From: Gekko japonicus | Taxonomy: Eukaryota | NCBI RefSeq assembly: GCF_001447785.1 | Contig: NW_015175971.1 | Location: 1,919,778 to 1,983,777, forward strand | Direction of reading: 5' to 3' | DNA length: 64,000 nucleotides | In this document: piece after piece, positions 50,821 to 64,000 of the stretch | Layout: each line of letters starts with the position of its first letter | How positions within the stretch are numbered: the first letter of the stretch is position 1 | Notes under the pieces: model-generated | What the model was told of the DNA's origin: nothing | Seen by the model: the letters and a program-made list of their open reading frames with translations, nothing else | The model's database searches: none | Translations under genes and position numbers: made by a program

Positions 50821-52169
50821 CCTCTACTTTTAAAGGGGAGGGCACAGAGGATGCGAACTCAGGGCCGCTTCATGAAAGTGACCTCCCTTGCTGGTCTCAC
50901 TATCAGAATACAAGAATAGATTTGTAAAAAAAGCACACACTGGCCTCACTCTGTGCATAATTCCAAGAGAAATGGCAGTCATCATCTCTGTTAAAAGTGA
51001 TTACAGAACTGAAAGAATTAGTGTAGATTTATTAACATGGCATACAAGGGTGTAATCTTATATGTGGCACAGGCCAATTCTGAAGTTTAAACCTAATAAA
51101 AAGTACAATGTAGTCAACAACATAGTCATAAATTAGGATGTGGCGTTTCTGGGGTACCTGAGCTGCCCCCAATGCTGTATTTAAAAAAACTGTACTTCAC
51201 ACAGCAAAATTTACATTATTTAAAACCAATTCTGATGTCAATATCATTCCCACCCCCATCTCACCCAGTTCACAGTTCCCCAGATCCTATCGCTCTAGGA
51301 GGGAAGTGGTAGCCATAATGGGCCATCATTGGTTACTTTTAATTACTGGGGATTTGAAAACAGGTGGCGAGGTAAAGGAATAGCTCTGTGGAGAGATTAA
51401 CCCATTTCTCTGTCCATTTAAGGAGGGCAAGGGGACATCTTACAGCTCTCCTGCAATCCATAAAGCTAATGAGAACAAGAACAACTAGCTCACTACCCTA
51501 AAAAAAAAATCACCCTTATTTTAAAAAGAAACCATCAATACAGCAGGTGGCAACTCTCCACAGAAGGTGGGTGTGGATTGAGATTGGATTTGCTGTCTTA
51601 AACTGTATTTACAGGAGAGGCTATGGCAAGTTGCATGTCCGGAAAAACCTCATCTGAAAAGGGAAGGTTATTTTCAATTTAATATGCATCGCTCCCTGGG
51701 CATTTGCAGAGACGATGCAGGAGAAACAAAAAGCCTCACCTGCTGTGACTCGGAGCTTTTTCTAAATTATTTTTGCACGCATGGAAATGATTTGCGCCCT
51801 CCCACAGCTGCTCATGAAATATGCCAGTTTAAGGGAAAAAGGGAAATACAGCAAAGTTGCCAAATCCCTCCTAATATTGGATACTATGCTCTACGTAGTT
51901 AGGATTAAAGCTACTCTAAACTTGATACTGATCAGAACCAGCAAATCTTGGGAGCTATTGGGGGATGACGACAAAAGGCACCATTATAAACAGGCTTTGA
52001 TCCTACAAAAGCTTACTTATGTGGTCAAATTACTGAGGGGGAAAAAGAGCATCAACCCTACTATTTGTACTAACTTTTCTAAAATCTGCAGCTGGGTGAT
52101 TTAAAGACATTCCACAATATGCTGCAACTTGTTACTGGTAACCAAGCTTCACTGCAAGAACTGACACAA

Positions 52170-52458
52170 GGAGGAGGAGGAGGCAGCGGCGGCAGAGGTT
52201 GGATTTATACCCTGCCCTTCACTACCCAAAGGAGTCTCAGAGTGGCTTACAAACTCCTTCCCCTTCCCCTCCCCACAAAAGACACCCTGTGGCGTAGGTG
52301 GGGCAGAGAGAGCTCTGACAGAAACTGCTCTTTTTAAAGGACAGCTCTGACCAGAACTATGGCTTGCCCAAGGTCATCCAGCCAGGTGCAAGTGGAGGAG
52401 TGGGGAATCAAACCCGGTTCTCCCAGATTAGAGTCCGTGCACTTACCACTACACCAAA
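52170..52458 (-). mobile_element. tRNA-derived SINE (Squam3-like)
   Basis: A and B boxes on the minus strand, near-identical to 7219-7456, GGA/GGC-repeat tail. Confidence 0.85.
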
Positions 52459-55400
52459 CCATTTAATAGCCCAAATGCCATTAAAAAAATCTAGACCTTG
52501 CATCATGCAAATGTAAAATCTTACAGAAGGCTGGATAAATAGACTGCCATTTTTTTAAAAAAGGAATTTAATATATTTTGCAGCTCAGGCTTTGGAATTG
52601 TTATCAATCTGTACATAAATAGAATTATGCTGCAAGAAATCAAAAATCAAATGCAGGCACACTATGCTCACCTTTCCATACCAAAACAATCTTGAGATAA
52701 TTTTGCATTTTTGTATGTTTCAGGCTGGCAGCTGTGGGTAACGTTTCCCACAATGACACAGGTAGCCACAGGTCTAATTCCCATCCTTTTGAACACGGCT
52801 GTGACATCTACAACAGTTCCATTTTCCTGGAAATTATATACCGAGTCCTAATGCAAGACATCAAAATCCCGTCCAATGCTTAACATCAGGTGAGGCCATT
52901 TATAAAGTTAGCTGAACTTGGTGCCATATTTATATCGCTAACTCCTGCTCCTTACATTATAAATAGGGCACTGAGACAGCTCCCCTACATCACTACCATA
53001 CGTGGACATTTATCACCTGGAAGCTGTGCGAAGTCTGCACACCAACATGAAGCATAACGTCACGTCAAACCCAAAAAAATCAAACTAGATTTTGCAAGCT
53101 GTACATTTAATTTCAGGCTCTCAATCCCAAAGGCTAAGTACACCTAGCTGTTCCTCGACTACAGACATCTTACCCTAGAAAGCCCTCCTTTGCTTAAGTC
53201 CTGAATTTAAAATAATAATTAAAAAACGAGATCCAAGAATGAAGTATCGACTGAAAGCCAGTGCCAAATCGGAAGAAAGCCACCGACCTCTCTGCCTGCT
53301 TTANNNNNNNNNNNNNNNNNNNNNNNNNNNNNNNNNNNNNNNNNNNNNNNNNNNNNNNNNNNNNNNNNNNNNNNNNNNNNNNNNNNNNNNNNNNNNNNNN
53401 NNNNNNNNNNNNNNNNNNNNNNNNNNNNNNNNNNNNNNNNNNNNNNNNNNNNNNNNNNNNNNNNNNNNNNNNNNNNNNNNNNNNNNNNNNNNNNNNNNNN
53501 NNNNNNNNNNNNNNNNNNNNNNNNNNNNNNNNNNNNNNNNNNNNNNNNNNNNNNNNNNNNNNNNNNNNNNNNNNNNNNNNNNNNNNNNNNNNNNNNNNNN
53601 NNNNNNNNNNNNNNNNNNNNNNNNNNNNNNNNNNNNNNNNNNNNNNNNNNNNNNNNNNNNNNNNNNNNNNNNNNNNNNNNNNNNNCATGAATTGAACCTG
53701 CTTATTGACTCCCGCTTGCTCTTTTATTTATCCTGCTACACAGAAAGGCACTGCCTTTCTTCCCTCCACCCTTCCAACATGCAAGCACTGTGGTGGGTTT
53801 CAGGAGCAGTAACTTGTCGCCTACACCAGCAGGCAGGTGACAAACGCAGATCTTAATGGGAACGCCATTAGGTGGGGCAAAAACATAGGACTCTTTCATT
53901 GAGAAGGCTGATTTATTTTTTAAAAGGTTATTCAGGGATCAAAAATGCAACATCATAAATAATTTGCAGGAGCAAGCCAAGAGAATGTATATTTATGAAT
54001 TTTGAAAGGTTGGGGGGAGAAGAGAGGGGGGAGTAATTCATTGCAATTGAAACAATAATGCCAGTTTGAAAGGAATTACATTCAGATATCAAATGACTGG
54101 GAATTTACTGTCTGAAAAGGCGCAAAGGTCCTTGGCAGTCACTGATTTTGCTCACTGATGAAATACATGTTTTTCCCCAATCACCTTTAAGTTCTGAGGA
54201 ACTCTCTGGAGCTTCGAAAAGCAAGTTCATATGTGGCATACAGGAAGAAGGCTGCTGCTCAGGAACAAAGCCCAAAGCAACCTTGGGTGCATGGCATACA
54301 CCACAGTGCCACCTGAATCCCAGCCAGCATTGAAGACACAGCAGTGCTCCAACTCCCATGCCCAATAGCAAATTTAGGAATGTTAATACAGCAGCATATG
54401 CTTCAAAGCCACAGGCAGCTCAAGAGCACCTCCAGCAGAAGACATCAGATGAATCTTTTTACAGACACCAGAGAAGCTTGTAGAAGTACATATTTTATAA
54501 GGTTAACCCTGGAAACAGCCCTTATTTCCTTTTGGCTGGACCAGTAATCCTGGTTTTAAATTCTTTTGCTAGAGATGTGTTCTCCTTACAACAGGGCTGG
54601 AAAGATCACCACATAACTACTTGCCCAGGTACCAAAACTGTCCTTTGGAAAAACAAGAGCTTGATCTAAATTTTAATCAACGCTGCACAGATTTGGCATT
54701 AATACACATACAAAATACTCGATGGCAACTCCTAGGAATTACCCTGGTTTTCCTTTCAGCTTCTACTGAGCACAGCAGTTAAGCCAAGCAACATGTGGGT
54801 TACAACACAGGTGGGGGTGGAGGGGAGAGAAAAGAAACACAGCCAGACATGTCTGGAAAGAGGCTTGATCTAGACACGTGCCTCTTTAAGATACTCAAGG
54901 ACCTCTGCAGAAACCAGAATATTTTTGTGTTTTACAGGAAAGCTGGGAAGTACACTGGCAAAAGGAAAACAACAAGAACCGCACACACAATTTGATGACC
55001 CTAGCCTATGTTGCTTCACTAGATAGGGAAATTCTCCCCCTGCCACACACACACATAATACAAACACAAGTGTAGGGTCATGCTTTACTACACATTCTGT
55101 AAGGCAGTTATTAATTGTTCCTCCTTTCCTGTTTAAGATAAGGTTGTTATCAAGAAAGCTTTGGCTGCCCAAAACCTGGTGTTGTTTACTGAAGGAAGGG
55201 GGGGATGGGGGGGTGGCATGGAGTAATTAATGTATGAGACCTACATTTAAATAAAGCAGTCCTCAGCAGTAGGAGAAGAATGAAGGGGGGGGGGAGAGAT
55301 TCCCACGAGGCAGCGCACGACTCAACGGAGGCACGAGAATCCTGGACCAAACCCCTTCTGCCCAAGCCACCAGGATTATTACTTGTGCAAAGCAAATACT

Positions 55401-56464
55401 CCAAAGNNNNNNNNNNNNNNNNNNNNNNNNNNNNNNNNNNNNNNNNNNNNNNNNNNNNNNNNNNNNNNNNNNNNNNNNNNNNNNNNNNNNNNNNNNNNNN
55501 NNNNNNNNNNNNNNNNNNNNNNNNNNNNNNNNNNNNNNNNNNNNNNNNNNNNNNNNNNNNNNNNNNNNNNNNNNNNNNNNNNNNNNNNNNNNNNNNNNNN
55601 NNNNNNNNNNNNNNNNNNGGGAAGAATACATATATTTTGTTCCTTCGGGCCACCTACATTGTAATAAAACACAGGGCAGGTTTTTATTTAGTGGATAAAA
55701 GTGGGACATAGCATTAGAAGATTCATATCGCTGTAAACCGATGGCAAGCAGCAATGTCAACGCTAATGGTGCCAAAGGATTAAGCATTGTCTTTTGTTAA
55801 ATACAGAGACCCCTGTACTGTACATTTGCAATCTCTTTCTATTAAAACTAAAGCACCACGGGTTGACAGAAGTTGCTCTCTCAACAGTGCTTCAAGAACA
55901 TCAAAACAGCAACACATAATGCATTTTTTAAAGTATGTCAACGTGGAAGAATGGGTGACAGCCAATTCTTAGAAGTTTTGTCTCAAGCCAAATGATGACT
56001 TATGGATGGACTCATCCATTTTTGGTCGCAAACCCTCACCTATGAGGCTGGGGAAGACTAGACAAATTTGGTTTCAGTTAGAAAAAGGAAAGGACCATAA
56101 GTGTGACACAAGTTAGCTACAAAACTAAGGTACCTCTTCTTGATAACATCAGGCAGAAACTTTCCTCTTACAATTTGCAAGAAACAGTATAAATCTCCAG
56201 TACACTACAATTGTTTGAAAACCTAAAAGGTTTTTGGAAAGATTCTTTACACATTGCCTCCCACTTCCTTTAAAAATTCACATTCTGGCCAATAATGGCA
56301 TATTAAATTGACAAACATTTAATGATAGGTACTAATACAAGATGTATATTTCTAGTTATTTAAAAGTTCGTAACTGTCCTTAGTCTGTATGCAAGGCTGT
56401 TAAGAAGTCAAGACAAAACTATTAGGGATATAAAACTAAAACTGACACTACTAATACAAATAGT

Positions 56465-58035
56465 ATTCTAGATGACGCTTCCGTCCTTGATCCATTCCAG
56501 TCTGGTTTTCGCCTGGGGCATGGGACGGAGACAGTGCTGGTTGCTCTTACTGACGACCTCCGTAGACATCTGGATCGAGGCGGTGTGGCGGGGCTGTTGT
56601 TGTTAGATCTGTCGGCCGCATTTGATACGGTCGACCACCAGCTGCTGGCCCACCGCCTTGCCGACGTGGGGATTCAGGGGCTCGCCCTTCAATGGCTTGT
56701 CTCTTTTCTCCAAGGTCGGGGACAGAGGGTTGGGCTAGGGGAGCAGCAGTCCCAGAGGCACCTGCTTGAATGCGGAGTGCCCCAGGGGGCAGTACTCTCC
56801 CCAATGCTATTTAACATATACATGCACCCCCTCACCCAGATTGTCCAGAGGTATGGGCTTGGGTGTCATCAATATGCCAATGACACCCAGCTCTATCTGA
56901 TGTTGGGCAGCCAGTCGGACTCCGACCCAGAAGATCTTCACCGGGCTTTACAGGCCGTGGCTGGGTGGCTCAAGCTGAGCCGACTGAAGCTGAACCCGGC
57001 GAAGACAGAGGTCCTGTGCCTGGGTTGGGGTGGTATGGGATTGGGGCTCCCGCTCCCGGCCTTCGATGGGGCAGCTTTGGTGCCAGCTTCGGAGGTTAGG
57101 AGTTTGGGAATGCTCCTGGACCCCACCTTAACGAGGGAGGCTCAGGTGGTGGCCACTGCCAAAGCAGCTTTTTATCATCTGCGGCTGGTGCGGCAGTTGG
57201 TCCCCTTCCTTAGCCGCAGCGATCTGGCCACAGTGATCCATGCAACGGTCACCCCGAGGTTAGAATACTGTAACGCTCTCTACATGGGGCTGCCTTTGTC
57301 ACAAATTCGGAGGCTGCAGTTGGTGTAGAATGCGGTGGCCAGGTTGGTAGCGGGTGCCTCTAGATGGGACCACATCCAACCTGTGCTGAAAGCACTGCAC
57401 TGGCTGCCTATAGCATTCTGGATTTGCTTCAAAGTGCTGGTGCTTACCTTTAAAGCCCTACATGGCCAGGGTCCAGCATACCTGAGGGACCGCCTTTCCC
57501 CACACAGGCCCCAAAGAGCACTTTGGTCGGGGTCACAACACCGTCTAGTGACCCCGGGCCCCAAAGAGGCCAGGCTTGCAGCCACAAGGGCTAGGTCCTT
57601 TTCAGTGGCGGTTCCTACCTGGTGGAATGAGCTCCTGGAGGAGATCGGGGCCCTGCGGGACCTAGTACAGTTCCGCAGAGCCTGCAAGACGAAGCTCTTC
57701 CACCAGGCATTTGAGTAGGAGCCGCCACCGCCACTACCACCACCGTGTGACTGCAGAGCAGTTCCACCGCGTCGGGCTGACTGGCCAGCTGAAATATCAT
57801 GGCCCATAGCATCCCCCCCTTTTTTGACCCCATTGGGATATGCAATAGGGAGTAAGTATTGTAGTCATTATGTACCCTGTGAGATGTGCATTTTTGCCTA
57901 AACTGTTTTAACTGTTGACTTTTACTGCACTTGTGAATTGTTTTAACTTATTGTATTTTTATTGCACTTTTGTGCCTGTGTAAGCCGCCCTGAGCCCGCA
58001 TGCGGGGAGGGCGGGGTATAAATGAAATAAAATTA
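56465..58035 (+). mobile_element. L2-clade LINE, 5'-truncated (RT domain to 3' end)
   Basis: LDPFQSGFR..HGTETVL, LLDLSAAFDTVDH, GVPQGAVLSP, HQYANDTQLY (YADD mutated), one in-frame stop at 57326-57328, LHWLP, KTKLF*. 3' end tgtaagccgccctgag...gggcggggtataaat, followed by an (AAAT)n tail to about 58054. Confidence 0.9.
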
Positions 58036-58260
58036 AAATAAATAAATAAATAAAACACAGTAAGCTCCCAGTGCAGGGTCCCAGTTTGGGGGATACCCAT
58101 GACAACATTTTGAAAATAGATTTCCCCCCATAATTTACAAGATTGTACAAACTGAATTATGTCGATTGTATTTTATTCATTTCAAAGCAATGGGTAATGT
58201 TTTTAAATAAAGAATGCTTTTTGCCATCTTCTAATAAATAAGAATGGAGTATTCTCCTTT

Positions 58261-58500
58261 GGAGAGCCAGTTTGCTGTAGTGGTTAAGAGCAGCTGACTC
58301 TAATCTGGAGAAGTGGGTTTGATTCCCCACTCCTTCACATGCAGCCAGCTGGGTGGCCGTGAGTCAGTCACAGCTCTCTCAGCCCTCCCTACCTCTCAGG
58401 GTGTCTGTCATGGGAAGAGGAAGGGAAGGTGATTGTAAGCCGCTCTAAGACTCCGTCAGGTAGTAAAGGGTGGGGTATAAAACCAACTCTTTCTTCTTTT
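58261..58500 (+). mobile_element. tRNA-derived SINE (Squam3-like), full length
   Basis: ggagagccagtttgctgtagtggttaag (A box), gggtttgattccc (B box), tail tgtaagccgctctaagac...ggggtataaaa plus ctt repeats. Confidence 0.85.
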
Positions 58501-60380
58501 GGAACTCACTCAAAAGCCGCCAGCACAGAAAAGGCCTCACCCACCTCCTAACCTCATTTCTTTAGCAGAAGGGACTCTGACAAGAGTTCTACCTCCAAAC
58601 CTAAGCAAACAGCAAGGATCATATTAGAAGAGATGCTGTCCAAGGTATGACCATCCCAGTAAATTCCTTTAAGACTATGCATTGGCTGTAAAAGCTGTCC
58701 TGAACCAGTTCTTATGCAACTCATGTGGTGGAAGCTCATCTGTGGTTCCCTCAGCTGCCACTTAAGTGACATCTGTCTACAGGAGAACACTTATGATGGA
58801 AGCCACACCACTCAGACAAAGAACAAAAGTTCAGCAACAGATCTAGAAGTTCCCTTTCATGCCCTTTACTCTGGAGCAGCCTCACTGATTAGCTCCAACT
58901 CTTTCCAAACAACTGCCTACTGGATGACAACATTTTTCTACAGCAGTGAATTCAGTAAATGACAGGGACTCCTTTGACTAGTTCTGATTGGGGCAGAGAT
59001 TCCACCCTTCCCTTTCCCCCAGTGCTGCTCCAAAGGGAAAGGATTCTGTTTTTCTAATTACATACTGAACTACCAGGAAGAAGGCACTGTGTTAAACTAA
59101 AGCAGGGGAGAGAAGAAAGATGGCACTGAATGTTCGTGCTTGTTTTCTATAAAGTGTGTTCTATATAAAACACGGCAAGCCATCAGCAACTCAAGCTCCC
59201 TCCACCCACAAAATGTACCCATGAGATAATTGTCTCTCTCTATGCATCCACAAATCTGGTCTCTTGGACACCTACTGAGAAAGCCAGCCTGGTGGGGGAA
59301 GCATTTATATTTAATAAATATTATATTTAATCCATTTAGGACTGAGGAATGAGACTGAAATACTTTGCTATTTTGTCCAGCAGTAAACTTAGCCTGTGGT
59401 GAAATCCCCTATATCACATTCAGATTCCTTCAGTCAGAACCAATTTCTTCTTGGCATTTTGACCTTGCCACAGTGGAAAAGGGCAAAACATTTTAAAATA
59501 AAAAGGATCAATGTCAAAAACCTTATATTTCATTTTGTGTATTTGTGTGGATCAGAACATGTCAGAAACGTGGTGAATGTTGACATTTACCAGTAAATGC
59601 TTAACATTTTAGGAGACCAGTGTGATGTGTCAAATTTCTGACATTTACCAGATTACCTTAAGGCCATCACCTTTGGCCTATAACCAAATTTCACCCTCAT
59701 TGCCACTGATTACCTATAATATATAAAAGAAACCATCTGAAAAGCTAATCATGTATTCCTGCATATATTGGGAAATGACAACATTTACTGGCAAGTGATG
59801 GAATGGAGGATGAAATCAGTTGATAACCATAAGATCTAGGAATACACTGCAGACTTTGCCTATACTATACCATATACATAGTATTGTTCCCCCAACTTGT
59901 ACCAATTGCTAGCCACCCCACAAACAATTAGTACTTCACCTGCAGCTTCCTCTGCAAGAATTAAGAGCACGGCATTTGGAATAAACCACTTGTTTGAACT
60001 TGGGGTCTAGGCAGTATACAAGCTATCCAGCTTCCTCTAAGAGCACAAGAATTCCTTTGCAGGACCTGGCAAAAATGTGTGTTGGTCCTCAGAATTAGCT
60101 TTCAAATTAGTCGCTATCATTCCAGTTTCAAAAACTGGCTACTGAAAACAGTGTGCAATTGTATCCACAGTCCACCAATGGGACCATGGTACATGTGGTC
60201 TTCTTGGATCAGCTACCTCAAAGTAAGTTGATTTAAATACACACTTAAGCAAGGAAAGGCTCCACACACTCCATCATGCACACTTCAAACCCCAAAGAGT
60301 ATCAGAAGATACCATAAGAATACCATTATCCAAAGTGCCAGAAGAAAGGTGTCCCTACTTATGGGTTCAGCATAGCGGGC

Positions 60381-60408
60381 GGGGGGGGGGGGGGGGGGGG
60401 GGGGAGGG
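60381..60408 (+). repeat. Poly-G run
   Basis: 24 consecutive G at 60381-60404 followed by aggg. Confidence 0.85.
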
Positions 60409-60569
60409 AACTCAGTTGCCTTCTTGCTGCCTGCCACAGTTTCTGCAATAACCCGCACTGTCAACTTCAATGATCAAGAAGCATATATATATAATTTCAA
60501 GAAGAATATATATATAATATATATATAATGTTATAATTTTTATAACAAGGGGGATCTCTGCTGTCAGAG

Positions 60570-60900
60570 CAAAGACTTTGCCTTTAACTCATTAAGCCAT
60601 AGAACAATGGCAGCCAACAAGCCTACAAGAGAAATGCCCCATTGTTCCTTTCCTTGGATGGGGGGGGGGCACTCCTGCTTTTGCCTCCATGTAAATGAAC
60701 TTAATGCTCGCTCCATTCAGGCTTGCTCGGAGAGCTCCTCATTTGCTGCCTCTCCCGCTCAGCGACAGCATTTTCTCACCAGCCCTGACTGCATAATTAA
60801 TGCAAATGCTGCCTTAGTGTCATGAGCTGGGCTCCTTTGGTTTACTTTGGTACGACACTTACAGAGGAATATTAACTAGAGAAAGGAGCATCACAACAGG
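60570..60900. promoter_or_regulatory. Candidate intronic enhancer
   Basis: AACAATGG (SOX-like), CCATTGTT, and TAATTAATGCAAAT with the octamer at 60800-60807, in repeat-free sequence. Confidence 0.4.
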
Positions 60901-63900
60901 GGTGGAAAATCAGCCTGTCAGGGACTCACTCCAAATGCCACTGAAAAGGAGAGCGCCTTCAAGACTGTTTCATCAAGGTGATTGAGAACAAAAACTACTG
61001 AGGAAAATTCAAGCTTACATTTATGAGCTTCTCCACATGCATTATTTATTATCCCCCCCCCCCCCGCTGAACCTATAGGAACCATATTCCCAGGCACACA
61101 GCCATGCAACAATAGCCTACAAAACCGCCAAGTCAAACAGATGCGGCCTCGGGCCAGGAACGTAAACAAAATTGCAGATAACGGGGCAAAATCGATTCTC
61201 CAGATGGACCCAGAATGCCTTCTTTTTGCTACTAAATGTTCACTATTGTTAGTTATGTACACACACATGCACATGCATGTAGACATGCATTAGTATTATT
61301 CAATGATTAACCTCAGCAATCCAGTCAAAAATTAGCCTCCTTATTCCCACAGTGAAGTCAAAAAGTAGTGATCTTTAGGGTACATACCACCTTTATAAAT
61401 GGAATACTGAACGACGAAGGGGCACTTTATCATGAGGGCACCAGAAGACCTATACGTATGCACTTTCCCCTGCAGTTTAGCAAACCAATTATTTTTCTAA
61501 CAGTGTTTAGTCATAATCTGAATTGTACCAATCATTTAACAAAAAATCTGAAATCATGAAAACAAAAAAACTGCTTTTCAGTCTTTTACTGAGCCATACA
61601 AATGTGGAGATTGCCTTACAAATTATGAGATTTTTTTCAAAATTATAACAGAAAACATCTATCAGTTTGTTTAAAATCAGTTGACACATATATCACAGCT
61701 TAAGAGATGGATTTGCACACTGGTTTTCAAAGGCACTGTCCCATGGGAGGGGATGCTAGTGCTGATGGCACTGCTCTCAACCAGCCACGAATGCAACACT
61801 CTTAGGGGAATTTACATTATTGGTTTGGATATTTCCTAGTATGTAAATATTAGCTTCCTGTATATGTGTTTTTTTTTTTACATGGGCAGGGAGGAAGGGG
61901 GGGTGTATATGTGGAAATGTCTGCCAAAATTGGGCTGAACTGAGCCAACTGATAAAGTAGCCCTGTATACGTCCAGCCAAACTCTTGCTCGTGTTTATAG
62001 TGCAATTTTGGCATGCCTTAAAAAGCCTTCAAACATGATTCTATTCTTCCCTTCCTTAGAGGCAAGTATTTTTTTAGCTAGAGAATAAGCCTAAACATTT
62101 TAAACGGAAGCTGTAAAATTCACACACATTTGGACAGATACTTGAAGAGGTAGAAAAAGAATTGCAAAAAAAATTGTGTACTCACATGGTTATAGCATGA
62201 ATATCTTCCATACATTCACTAACTCATTATATGCAATGCCTCCGAGTTAATTCATGATTTCTGAGAGCCTCTAGCTGAATACGCAGCCTAGAAATACCTC
62301 AAATAAGTAAAACTCTTTTAAATAAACAAAACTCCCACTTGTACTGATGTTGAAAAAAATAATACTGAACTTTTAATTCAGTTGCATAGCTTCTGTAGCT
62401 TAAATTCAGGGAAGAAAATATTGAGAGATTCAGTAATAAATTCAGCCACCAAGTATTCAGACCAATAACGGCAGGGAGCTGATTATATATACTGAGCCGA
62501 AGTTCCCATTTCTTATTGCAGTTCTTCAAAGTCAAACAGTATTTTGTGTGTCTCAAATTACAAACTTTAAAAAGATTTACTGTCTTAAAAAAAAAGCATG
62601 GCAAGATGAAGAAGTCTGGCTTTACGAACTCCCGTACACTGCATGCTTCTTCAGGAGTGAAGCTCCTGATTTCATAGGCTTGTTTCTGGCAAACCAACTG
62701 GGGCGGAGGTATTCAGTCTTGCAGGCGCGTTAGGAATTCCTCCCTACAAAGGGGTCAACTGCCGGCCATGGGATAGCCCTATACCTCCCACGCTACTCGG
62801 GATCGAGAACTATAGGCAACTGCTGAGCTTTTAAACGAACATGCAATAAGTGAACACACAAGACTGTAATGCTCCCCTAATAGTAAACTATGCGCCCAAA
62901 CAGATCAAAATGAATGTGCCAATCAAACCGTTTATTTTCAAGGGGAAACAGCCTTGTGGGCCATTATTACAAATTAAAGGTGTTATACTGAAGTCATTTT
63001 TAATATCTCAGAAATGAATAACGATTCATACAACGCTATATCATTCCCCCACCACCACACACAAGTGAAATTCTTTACTGCCAGAGCAGCGCACGTTGGG
63101 CTGGAGGTTTGTGAGGGTGAGCCGTTTGTGAGAGTGAACACCATACCCTTGAGTTAAGGGCAGCATCAGGGACCCACAGATGTCTGCCTTGCCAGGGTAC
63201 TGCTGCCCTATCTCATCCCAAAAGATATACTTTGCTGCTTTATTTTTAGGTAATAAGGGCCAAGATGATTATTAGAATCAGACTTCTCCAGCAGCCCACT
63301 AAAAGATTTTCAGCCACTCATTCCTATAGTAAATGTCACACATTGTAAAAATAAAGGGGAGGGGTCACATTAGCTGTGTTCTACCAAAGGCAGCTCAGCC
63401 CATCCTGTTTTTAATTTTTGCTAGGCAAGATTAAGCCCAACAGCTGATTCATGCAGCAAGTTCGTGCAACTTTCAGAGCCAGCCGTTCCACAGCCTCCAT
63501 TTCAGCACAGCGCTAACAGGGCATTAATATTGTCATTTTCAACCTTGGGATCAGTACACAAATGTGCTGTAAAACGGGGAAAATCCCCCTGCGATATGAG
63601 TGCGAAACATGCAGCTCATTGATTTTCTTCTTGATAGTCTGCTATTAAACTGGCGAACACGCTGACCTTGTGCACAAGGGGAGAGCAGTGTGTATGCAAC
63701 ATAAAGTTGAAAAACAGCTGCGGAACGACTGTGTAAAACAGCAGCCTACCAGCCCCTTAAAATATAGACCCAGATTCCATAGTTTATTTTAAATTGGCAA
63801 CCACAATTTAACAAGCTATTCTAACAAATGATTAGCATAGCATGTGCCTTTCTTTAGCCATCAATTATGACACAGGGGTAACACAGGGCACAACTTAAGT

Positions 63901-64000
63901 GTCGAATTACAAGATGCTATACAAAACCGCTTTCCAACCCAGCCTTGTGTTTGCTGAGCAATTATTGCTGCCTTCCTGGCTCAGAAATAAAAGCTGGTGT

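Noticed and set aside
18190-55787. Long ORFs containing X runs
   Set aside because: Artefacts of translating through N gaps.
58261-58335. tRNA gene (also at the other SINE heads)
   Set aside because: A/B boxes belong to multi-copy SINEs; no convincing cloverleaf or terminator.

Overview
Vertebrate genomic DNA, squamate and probably gecko judging by its SINE/MITE content. The window lies entirely inside the PBX3 gene on the minus strand. The only host coding sequence found is one 242-bp internal exon (8221..7980) encoding part of the PBC domain with a poly-Ala tract, matching exon 3 as I recall the human gene. Everything else is intron: the downstream intron at 1-7979 and the very large upstream intron at 8222-64000. 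The introns carry a layered transposon record: a decayed DIRS retrotransposon with a nested hAT MITE, a hAT transposase 3' remnant, further hAT MITEs, an inverted pair of PIF/Harbinger MITEs, a 5'-truncated BovB (RTE) LINE with a stop-free 2.65-kb ORF, L2, L1 and CR1 3' fragments, Penelope ends with a decayed hammerhead core, and tRNA- and 5S-derived SINEs. Between them are repeat-free blocks dense in homeodomain, POU, PBX/MEIS and RFX-like motifs that look like conserved enhancers. Several odd-length N runs sit inside such blocks. I cannot support a wholly new biological system here. The best leads are the N-gap/conserved-element coincidence, the young BovB, the nested TE junctions and the candidate enhancers. 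Almost all short ORFs in the track are spurious.
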